Under the pieces are notes generated by a model. It was given only the letters and a program-made list of their open reading frames with translations, made no database searches and was not told where the DNA came from. Made by a program: the position numbers and the translations under genes. This document shows, in pieces, positions 27,877-35,299 of a stretch of DNA of 64,000 nt. The stretch lies in the IMG/VR virus record IMGVR_UViG_3300038829_000263, positions 79,220-143,219 of that record; one strand, given 5' to 3'. Position 1 is the first letter of the stretch. The number at the start of each line of letters is the position of its first letter. The stretch comes from a virus.

Positions 27877-28835
27877 TGGCCAATCGAAGGGCGCTCACGG
27901 ACGAGCAGGAAGCCCAGCTCGCCCGGGACTACGAGAACGGTGACGGTCAGACGATCCTTGCCCGGCGCTACGGCGTCGGGCAAGTGACCGTACGGGCGGC
28001 TCTCGCCCGCCAGGGCGTGAAGCAGCGGTCCCTGGGCGAGGCCAACGCGCCCAAGGCGGACCCGGCCGAGATAGTCCGGCTCTACCGCGACGAGGGCCTC
28101 AAGACGGAAGAGGTCGCGGCGCGGTTGGGCGTTTCCGAGGCCACGGTGTTGAAGTTCACGCAGCGCGCGGGAGCCTCCCGGCCGAAGCGTGTGCGCTACA
28201 GGTTCGATCGCGCGTTCTTCGATGAGGTCGACGACACCCGGGCGTACTGGGCTGGGTTCATCGCGGCTGATGGTTGCATCACCGGGAACTCGGTCAACAT
28301 CGGGCTGGCGAAGAAGGACCGTGGGCACCTAGAGCTGCTGCAGAAGGCGGCGCAACTCGAGCAGCCCATCCGGGAGCACAAGACTACGCAGGGGCACGAC
28401 GCGGTTTATCTGGGGGTCACGTGCCCGGAGTGGGTCGCGGCCCTGCGCGATACCTACGCGCTCCGGGGAGTTCCCGGCGGGAAAGCAGTCAACTTAGTGG
28501 GGCCTCCGCGCCTGGCGGCCGCGATGCGTCTCCCATTCCTGCGTGGCTTCTTCGACGGAGATGGCTCGGCCGATCCCAGCGGGGCCGTAATCTTCACGAC
28601 TGCGTCGAGCGCGTTCTCGTTGTGGATCCAGTCCGTGTTCGGGCCGCCGTCCCGTATCTACGATCAATCGTGGACAGACTCGCGGGGGGCCGTTCATCCT
28701 GCATTCCAGTTGCGCTACGGCATCCGCGATGCCACGGCCCCTCTCGTGGCGCGCCTGCTCTACGCTGGTTCGACGCCCGAGACCCGGCTCGCCAGGAAGC
28801 ACGCGCGGCTGCTACGCTGGCTCTCGCCGGCGTGA
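27876..28835 (+). CDS. Free-standing LAGLIDADG homing endonuclease with N-terminal HTH repeats
   Basis: AYWAGFIAADGCI and FLRGFFDGDGS; HTHs QTILARRYGVGQVTV and TEEVAARLGVSEATV; relaxed codon bias. Confidence 0.92.
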   Translation: MANRRALTDEQEAQLARDYENGDGQTILARRYGVGQVTVRAALARQGVKQRSLGEANAPKADPAEIVRLYRDEGLKTEEVAARLGVSEATVLKFTQRAGASRPKRVRYRFDRAFFDEVDDTRAYWAGFIAADGCITGNSVNIGLAKKDRGHLELLQKAAQLEQPIREHKTTQGHDAVYLGVTCPEWVAALRDTYALRGVPGGKAVNLVGPPRLAAAMRLPFLRGFFDGDGSADPSGAVIFTTASSAFSLWIQSVFGPPSRIYDQSWTDSRGAVHPAFQLRYGIRDATAPLVARLLYAGSTPETRLARKHARLLRWLSPA

Positions 28836-29054
28836 GCCGGACAACTTCTTCGACCCGGCCTAGCAGGCTACTGCGGGCCACTTCTTCGACTTCTGACCAT
28901 CGAGACATCTCCTCGCTCGAGCCCGGGTCGACCGTCCCGGGCTCGGGCCTTGTACGGGGATGTGACGCCCTGGCTCGTCTGGTATCCTGGGGACCGAACC
29001 TCCCGGTGCCCCTGGGTACCGGTACAAGCGGGACACCCGCGAAGGACGACGACG

Positions 29055-29546
29055 GTGAGCGAGAAGGGCAGCAAGACGGCGGAGAAGGTGGAGAAGCTCG
29101 ACACGTACGGGAGGCCGCCGCTGCCGCCCGACACGCCGGAGAACAAGCTGGAGCGCCTCTACTGGTGGCTCCCGACCGACAAGGACTGCCCGACCGACCT
29201 CGTCATCAACGCCGGCAACCGGCCGGTGATCGTGGGCGCGCAGGCCCAGGTCCCGAGCGACTCCCCGCGGATGGACATGGGCGACCGGCGCCAGGGCGCG
29301 TTCTACGTCCAGCAGCTCGTGGCCCAGGGCACGGGATACGGCGTGATCCGGCTCGCGGAGCTCTCGCTCGAGCGCGCCCGCCAGCTCGAGCGCGACCGCA
29401 AGATCCGCGTCGGGATCCTCCCGCCCCCGTGGGTCGAGCGCGTCCGGGAGAAGGCGGCCAAGGGCGAGGCCCCCTCGGGCGTGGCCGAGCCGAGCGAAGT
29501 GCTCGCGTCCAGGCTCACCCGGGCCGCCTCGGGGCTGGACATCTAG
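29055..29546 (+). CDS. Hypothetical protein
   Basis: AAGGA RBS, GTG 29055; codon bias. Confidence 0.7.
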   Translation: MSEKGSKTAEKVEKLDTYGRPPLPPDTPENKLERLYWWLPTDKDCPTDLVINAGNRPVIVGAQAQVPSDSPRMDMGDRRQGAFYVQQLVAQGTGYGVIRLAELSLERARQLERDRKIRVGILPPPWVERVREKAAKGEAPSGVAEPSEVLASRLTRAASGLDI

Positions 29547-29549
29547 CCC

Positions 29550-30002
29550 GTGTCGCAGGCACGCCGCAACATGATCGTGAGCCACGGGGGCGCGACCGGC
29601 CGGGGTGGGTTCATCCCGGCCGGCGGCGACGTGCGGCCCGACCTGGCACCGCACGTTCCAGGGGACATGGTCGTGAAGGACCCTCCGCCCAAGCCGGCAC
29701 AGGCCGCCCCGCCCCCAGCCCCTCCGGCGCCCCAGGCTGCGCCCCCGCCGGCCGAGGCCCCGGAGGTCAAGACCGAGGCCAAGAGCGAGCCCAAGGCCGC
29801 CGGCGGACCGCCCAAGGGCCCCCCGGTGCGCTCCACGCGCAAGGGCCCGGCGAGCCCCCTGACCCTGCCCACGTCGGCGGCCGAGGCGCGGGCCCTCAAG
29901 CCCGAGGCGGCGGCCACCATGGCCCAGACCCTGGGCGTGGACACGTCCGGCGTCCACGAGGACATCGTGGAGCGCCTGGTCGGGGAGCTGGGCCTGGAGT
30001 AG
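29550..30002 (+). CDS. Pro-rich protein with short C-terminal helical (SAP/HeH-like) domain
   Basis: PPPAPPAPQAAPPP linker; MAQTLGVDTSGVHEDIVERL; start uncertain (29550 or 29571). Confidence 0.65.
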   Translation: MSQARRNMIVSHGGATGRGGFIPAGGDVRPDLAPHVPGDMVVKDPPPKPAQAAPPPAPPAPQAAPPPAEAPEVKTEAKSEPKAAGGPPKGPPVRSTRKGPASPLTLPTSAAEARALKPEAAATMAQTLGVDTSGVHEDIVERLVGELGLE

Positions 30003-30019
30003 TTCCCGGCCCCAGGAAA
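30002..30019. repeat. Copy of dispersed palindrome (GTTCCCGGCCCCAGGAAA), intergenic, over the neck-gene RBS region
   Basis: 15/18 match to the 11374 palindrome. Confidence 0.6.
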
Positions 30020-30027
30020 GGTGCGCC

Positions 30028-30765
30028 ATGGCGACTCGCGCGGAATGGCGCCAGCGGATCCTGGACGACCTCGGTGGGGAAGGGGTGGACCCTGACCTCA
30101 CCGAGGGCCAGCTCGACGCGGCGCTCGCGCGCGCCCTGGAGTGCCTGAACAAGTACAAGCCGTTCGGGATGTGGTTTCCGTTCGAGGTCCCGGCGGCTGA
30201 GACCATCCGCATCACGTTCTTCGCGGAGGACCCCCAGGTCGATCCCCTGGGGCACCCCTACACCTACGTGGAGAACGTCCTGGACGTGCAGTTCTCCGAC
30301 CGCAACCGGCGGATCATCGGGCCGCGCGCGGGCTTCCTGGAGGGCTACTACCTGCGCTGGGGCTACCAGGGCCCCAGGACGTTCTTCCAGCTACACGTCG
30401 GCGAGCGCCTCTACGAGCGCATGACGGGCTCGCGGCCGGACTGGCGCTGGGACCCTGCCACGCGCAACCTCTACCTGTCGTGCCCCTCCAGGGACACGCG
30501 CGTCGTCGTCTACGCCACGCGCAAGCGATACGTGGAGGAGATCCGCTACGACTACGAGACCGACTTCCGGCGCCTGGCCGTGGCCTCCGCGAAGCGCACC
30601 CTCGCCCGCGTCCTGGGCTCCCGTGGGGCCATGAAGCACCCGACGGGCGACATCCAGATGGACGACAAGGAGCTGCGCGCCGAGGCGAAGGACGAGTGGG
30701 CCGAGATCGAGACCGTGCTCCGGCGCTCGCTGGCGTCCATCCCTCCGCCGGGCTACGTCGGGTAG
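30028..30765 (+). CDS. Neck/head-tail adaptor, T4 gp13-like
   Basis: RILDDLGGEGVDPDLTEGQLDAALARAL N-terminus and LRAEAKDEWAEIE C-terminus. Confidence 0.8.
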   Translation: MATRAEWRQRILDDLGGEGVDPDLTEGQLDAALARALECLNKYKPFGMWFPFEVPAAETIRITFFAEDPQVDPLGHPYTYVENVLDVQFSDRNRRIIGPRAGFLEGYYLRWGYQGPRTFFQLHVGERLYERMTGSRPDWRWDPATRNLYLSCPSRDTRVVVYATRKRYVEEIRYDYETDFRRLAVASAKRTLARVLGSRGAMKHPTGDIQMDDKELRAEAKDEWAEIETVLRRSLASIPPPGYVG

Positions 30766-30774
30766 AGGAGGCGC

Positions 30775-31536
30775 ATGGCCGGCCAAGTCATCAACGACTC
30801 GCAGGAGAACCCGAACCCGGAGGTCTCTCGCAATAACGTGCTGGCGGCCCTCGCAGCCGAGCGTGCGCGGCTGGGGCCGTTCGGGACCCGTTCGTTCGCC
30901 TCGCTTGCTCGATCCCCTCTCCCGGCTGGCGACCCAGCGTCCAAGAGCGGCACGAAGGTGGACTTTGACACGGAGACGAGCGGCGTCCCATCCAACCTGG
31001 CCGCGGTGGATGAGGAGTTCTCGCTGCTCCCGGAGTTCACGCACTTCGGCAACGGGACGCGCGTCGGGCAGACCGTATATGAAGGCGCCGCGTTCAAGGC
31101 CGTGCGCAGAGGCCAGTTCAACCGGGTGGTCGTGCGCTTCACGCTCGTCACGCCCCCGGGCGCGCTACGGCTCTTGCTGTTCCAGCGGCCGGGTGGGATC
31201 GGCGGCGGCCCGACGAACCTGATCGCGACCTGCGATGTCGCGCCCGGCGCCCTGGGCAACTTCGAGATCACGCCTGCGCAGGGCCTCGTCAGCCTCGATC
31301 AGGGCGTCGTCTACGCCCTGTGGGGCCGCTCCAGCGCCTTGGGCACGTTCACGTTCAGGACCCTGTTCCCGAATGCCTGCGACCTCATCACGTTCAACGT
31401 GCAGGCAGGGACGCACCCCACGCCGTTCGCGACGGTCATCCCGGTCAGTACGGTCCCCACGACGTTCAACCCGCTCACACAGGCCCTGACGACGTTCAAC
31501 TCGACGGCGCCCGCGATGCGCTTCAAGAGGGTGTAG
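30775..31536 (+). CDS. Probable virion accessory protein
   Basis: GAGGAGG RBS; beta-rich. Confidence 0.7.
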   Translation: MAGQVINDSQENPNPEVSRNNVLAALAAERARLGPFGTRSFASLARSPLPAGDPASKSGTKVDFDTETSGVPSNLAAVDEEFSLLPEFTHFGNGTRVGQTVYEGAAFKAVRRGQFNRVVVRFTLVTPPGALRLLLFQRPGGIGGGPTNLIATCDVAPGALGNFEITPAQGLVSLDQGVVYALWGRSSALGTFTFRTLFPNACDLITFNVQAGTHPTPFATVIPVSTVPTTFNPLTQALTTFNSTAPAMRFKRV

Positions 31537-31538
31537 CG

Positions 31539-32096
31539 GTGCCGACCTACCACTACAGCCGCCAGAACGAGGACATCGACCGACGCATCCGCGACGTAGA
31601 CCTCGTTCCGCTAGCGGTGAACTGCGCCGTGGAGCTGTTCATCGACTTCGACCATGATCTCACGTCGGACGAACGGGCGGCCCTCGACCAGGCCATGCTC
31701 GATGCCGGGTACGCGTTCGCGGGCGTGGACAACTCGGGCGAGTCCGGCCTGGAGCAGACGAAAAGGGCGAAGTACCTGGCGATCGACACGAGGACAGAGG
31801 AGCTGATCGACCAGGGGTTCAGCTTCGCCGGGAAGGTGTTCTCGCTCTCGTCTAATGCCCAGAAGTACTGGATCGGCATGATGGTGGGGAAAGACCTCCT
31901 CACGTACCCGCTCGTCGTGAACACGCTGGACGACTCCTCCACGCTCTCCGTGACGGACGCCGTAATGGTCCTGCAGATGTACGGGACTGCGATGGGTACC
32001 GTGAAGGCACACCTCGCGTCGGGCACCGCGCTCAAGGACCTCGTGCGGGCCGCGACGACCATCCCCGAAGTGCAGGCCATCGTGGACAGCCGCTAG
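31539..32096 (+). CDS. DUF4376-like fibre assembly protein
   Basis: KRAKYLAID..GFSFAGKVF...ALKDLVRAATTIPEVQAI. Confidence 0.65.
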   Translation: MPTYHYSRQNEDIDRRIRDVDLVPLAVNCAVELFIDFDHDLTSDERAALDQAMLDAGYAFAGVDNSGESGLEQTKRAKYLAIDTRTEELIDQGFSFAGKVFSLSSNAQKYWIGMMVGKDLLTYPLVVNTLDDSSTLSVTDAVMVLQMYGTAMGTVKAHLASGTALKDLVRAATTIPEVQAIVDSR

Positions 32097-32155
32097 CCGG
32101 CGGTCGTCAGGGTCATCCGCTACGCTAGGTCGTCGCCCGCTCCTGGAGACCGTCC

Positions 32156-32578
32156 ATGGACATCTACCTGCTCCTCGCGCAGGATCCCGTCGAAGCTGCT
32201 GACAAGGCCGTCGGCATCCTGGAGCGGATCCAGCAGGGCGGCGCCCTTCTCGTCACTCTCGTCATGCTCCTCGTGACGGGCGGCCTGGCCTACTGGCAGC
32301 TCCGGCGGAACGCGGCTCTGCAGGAGCAGAACGCGAAGCTCGAGCGCGAGTGGCGCGAGGCCGACGGCAAGGTCGCGACCGAGCGCCGAAGCGAGAACAT
32401 GTCACTCCTGCGGGAGCAGCTCGCCCGGGACAAGGAAGCGCAGGAGGTCCAGGCGGCGGCGGCCGAGGCCGTGGAAGGGCTCGCCAACGCCGTCCGGGAC
32501 CTGACGGCCAGGATCGAGCGGCTGGACACCCGCGTCGAGACCGTGGCGCGTGACGTGCATCCGCGGGGAAGGGGTTAG
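32156..32578 (+). CDS. Membrane protein with coiled coil (holin-like/lysis-associated?)
   Basis: TM segment ALLVTLVMLLVTGGLAYW followed by a coiled coil. Confidence 0.6.
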   Translation: MDIYLLLAQDPVEAADKAVGILERIQQGGALLVTLVMLLVTGGLAYWQLRRNAALQEQNAKLEREWREADGKVATERRSENMSLLREQLARDKEAQEVQAAAAEAVEGLANAVRDLTARIERLDTRVETVARDVHPRGRG

Positions 32579-32604
32579 ACCGGCCCAGGCCGAAGGGCTA
32601 GTAT
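32576..32604 (+). promoter_or_regulatory. Sigma70-like promoter TAGACC-N17-TAGTAT
   Basis: 17-nt spacer upstream of gene 32625. Confidence 0.5.
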
Positions 32605-32624
32605 GCCGGTCGAGGGAGTAGGTC

Positions 32625-33077
32625 ATGGCAGCATCGCCCGCGCCGGATCGTTCCGCTCACGAGTCACCTCGTCCCGATCCTGAGATGGAGCACCTCCAGG
32701 CGCAGGTCGCGGCGAGCGGCCGGGCCAGGCGGGACGCCGGGGCGCACATCAAGAGCGTAGCGGCGGCCGCGTTGGCGGTGACGCCGGCCCAGGGCGTGCC
32801 CACGAGGCCTGTGTCGGGCGCGTTCCGTACCGGTACCCCCACCCCAGCGGCTGACCTGGAGGACTCGGGAGAGATCAAGAACGAGGCGGCCGCCGCTCTG
32901 GAAGGCAGGCGCGCCGCGGGCGCGCGGCTCAAGCGGACGTCCCAGGCGTGCACCTACGAGTCGAGGACGACGATGTGCATGGACCCGGTCGAGGCCGCCC
33001 GCATCCGCGAGGAGGCACGAAAGGCGGCCCAGGACAGCGACGAGACCGAGGCGTCGCCCACGCCCCTGCCCGCCTGA
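32625..33077 (+). CDS. Hypothetical low-complexity protein
   Basis: GGGAG RBS; ATG. Confidence 0.6.
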   Translation: MAASPAPDRSAHESPRPDPEMEHLQAQVAASGRARRDAGAHIKSVAAAALAVTPAQGVPTRPVSGAFRTGTPTPAADLEDSGEIKNEAAAALEGRRAAGARLKRTSQACTYESRTTMCMDPVEAARIREEARKAAQDSDETEASPTPLPA

Positions 33078-33191
33078 CCGCCCTGGGCCGCCCTGGGCGG
33101 TGTACCGACATCGCGGCCTCGGGCCTATCATCAATAGTACCTATTGACATCGGCCGGAAGCCCCCAACTTCTCCACAGGGCCTGGCCGCGC

Positions 33192-33220
33192 TCGACACCC
33201 CGGCCGGCCGGTGCTACGCT
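33192..33220 (+). promoter_or_regulatory. Sigma70-like promoter TCGACA-N17-TACGCT (extended -10 TG)
   Basis: 17-nt spacer; heads the neck-tail operon. Confidence 0.55.
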
Positions 33221-33296
33221 CGCGCTGTTCCCACCAGGTAGGCGATACGGCGGGCCTATAGCCCCGCCGGCGTCGAGCGGCGGGGGTGAGGCGCGC

Positions 33297-33923
33297 GTGG
33301 TCGATCCGGCAGCCGTCGCTGACCGCGGCGGAGTATGGCCCGTCCCCTTCGAGCGCGCCGAGCGCATCCTGCTCCAGACGCAGGCGAAGAAGGACCGGCG
33401 CGACGTGCCGGCCGTCTGGTACTGGCGGCGCCTCCACCCGGACGACTCCCCGGGATCCGGCGCAGCCGCGGACGAAGTGCTTGACGAGGAGCCCGACATC
33501 ACGGCCGTCTACGCCCCGCCGGTGGCCGCCCACCTGTTCATCGACTGGACGAAGGAGCGGAAGGGGCAGAAGAAGGGCCGCATCGAGCGCGCGGGCACGG
33601 TCCCCATCGGCCTGACGCGCGCGGAGGCCCGGCGCCTGGGGCGCCTGTTCGGGACACGCGACGACGCCGAGGGCCTCTCGCGGCAGCCCCCGACGGACCT
33701 CCTGTTCGTGCCCAGGGCGGACGACGTGTTCCTGTCGCGTGGCCGCTACTACGAGATCGTCCAGCTCACCCCCGAGTGGTGGGGGGCTACGAGCCTGGTC
33801 GCGATGTGGATGGGCACGGGCGCGATGACCCCAGACGACATGACGCGGCCGGGCTACCGCCAGCTTCCCCCGCCCCCGACACCGCAGCCGCCGCTGCCGG
33901 AGGTCGTTCCGTGGCCAGGGTAA
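33297..33923 (+). CDS. Head closure/neck protein (gp14-like)
   Basis: Position; DEVLDE..VYAPPV..PRADDVF..YYEIV pattern. Confidence 0.6.
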   Translation: MVDPAAVADRGGVWPVPFERAERILLQTQAKKDRRDVPAVWYWRRLHPDDSPGSGAAADEVLDEEPDITAVYAPPVAAHLFIDWTKERKGQKKGRIERAGTVPIGLTRAEARRLGRLFGTRDDAEGLSRQPPTDLLFVPRADDVFLSRGRYYEIVQLTPEWWGATSLVAMWMGTGAMTPDDMTRPGYRQLPPPPTPQPPLPEVVPWPG

Positions 33924-34534
33924 GGCTCGTTTCCACGGTCCGCGGACAGGGCCGTCTGATCGTCAAGCCGGGCACGGTCGCCGTCGCCCCTCTCGTCGTG
34001 GCCGAGATGCGCGAGGCCAGCCGGACGCAGCTCCGGGTCATGGCCGAGGAGCTCCGGCAGCTCATCGTGGACCGCGCCTTCGCTGGCGCGCCCCAGCCCC
34101 CCGGGTCGCGGGTCGTCTCCGCGCCGTCGCCCACACTGCGCATCGACATCCCAACGGCCGCGCGCACGCCCCTGAACCTGCGGCCGCTGACGCGCCGGCA
34201 CGCCCGGCGCAAGGCCGCCGCGGGCCACGACGGCCGCATCCTGATCGAGGCCGGGGACTACCTCTCCAGCATCGCGGTCATCCCGGGGCGCGGGACGAAG
34301 TCCGTCACCTACACCGTGCGGCCGGCCTCGCGCGATCACGAGGGCTCCGGCGACTCGGGCCCGATCAAGCTCTCGCTCCTGGCGCGCGTCCTCGAATTCG
34401 GTTCGCGGCGCTGGAAGATCCCGGCCCGGCCGCACTGGCGTCCGGCGGCCCGTGACATCCAGGCCCGGTTCAAGCGCCTGCCGCGGGACGTGGCGGCGGC
34501 GGGCCTGCGCGCCGCGCTGCGGAGGGTCACGTAG
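33911..34534 (+). CDS. Neck/tail-completion (virion morphogenesis) protein
   Basis: LARVLEFGSRRWKIPARPHWRPA motif. Confidence 0.7.
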   Translation: MARVRLVSTVRGQGRLIVKPGTVAVAPLVVAEMREASRTQLRVMAEELRQLIVDRAFAGAPQPPGSRVVSAPSPTLRIDIPTAARTPLNLRPLTRRHARRKAAAGHDGRILIEAGDYLSSIAVIPGRGTKSVTYTVRPASRDHEGSGDSGPIKLSLLARVLEFGSRRWKIPARPHWRPAARDIQARFKRLPRDVAAAGLRAALRRVT

Positions 34535-35296
34535 GTGTACGCACTGTTTTATGAGGCCGTGCGGGACTTCTTCGCCCAGGCGCAGCACGCCGGGCAGGCG
34601 GTCCCGTGCGTGTTCGCGACGCCTGACCGTGCGCACGCGGAGATGACCCGCGTCTCGAAGCGCCGGCTGCAGGGGGCGAAGGCCCTGGCCGAGGAGGACG
34701 ACTACGACGCCCCGGTGGCCACGGCCCAGGCGATCGAGGACCGCCCGGCGCCGTCCCCGTTCATGTCGGTGCACCTGTCGGTGCCCGAGTACGATCCCAC
34801 GCGGTTCAACCCCGGCCGCTTCGTCGTGACGAAGGACTTCCAGGCCGGGACGGCAACCGTGATGCGCTTCCCGAGGCCGGTCGTGGCGGACGTCCAGGTC
34901 GACCTGTGGGTCGCCGGAAGGGGGGCCAACAAGATCGCAATGGCCCTCGCGCCGCAGATCGACCTCCGCTTCTACGCGGAGTCCGTCTGGCTCCCCGTTG
35001 ACTGGACCCTCGACAAGTGGTATCGCCCACCCTTCGACTTCCTCGAGCACGGCCGGGTGCTAGGGCGGACGCGTGTCCGGCTCATGGCTGCGAGGGGGTG
35101 GGTGGACAACTCGGACCTGGAGCCAGGAGACAACCCGAAGGCCGTGCGCTGGACTTGGTCCGGTAAGCTGGAGGGCTACATCCCCTACAGGCCCGTGGAG
35201 GCCCGGCTCGTGCGGAGCGTCCGCTACGAGCTATACGACAGCACGAGCACCCCGCCGCAGCTCCTCCTGGAGGACGTTGGCGGATCGGAGGACTGA
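34535..35296 (+). CDS. Tail terminator/sheath stabiliser (gp15-like)
   Basis: VPCVFATPDRA..PSPFMSV..PRPV...QVDLW; immediately before the sheath gene. Confidence 0.65.
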   Translation: MYALFYEAVRDFFAQAQHAGQAVPCVFATPDRAHAEMTRVSKRRLQGAKALAEEDDYDAPVATAQAIEDRPAPSPFMSVHLSVPEYDPTRFNPGRFVVTKDFQAGTATVMRFPRPVVADVQVDLWVAGRGANKIAMALAPQIDLRFYAESVWLPVDWTLDKWYRPPFDFLEHGRVLGRTRVRLMAARGWVDNSDLEPGDNPKAVRWTWSGKLEGYIPYRPVEARLVRSVRYELYDSTSTPPQLLLEDVGGSED

Positions 35297-35299
35297 GAC

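Noticed and set aside
27810-29054. Group I intron or intein housing the LAGLIDADG ORF
   Set aside because: The capsid gene ends normally before it, the ORF has its own promoter and RBS, and no splice motifs were recognised
33144-33149. TTGACA as a -35 box, and TTG start of ORF 33144
   Set aside because: No -10 at 16-18 nt; it is better explained as an arm of the inverted repeat, and the gene more plausibly starts at GTG 33297
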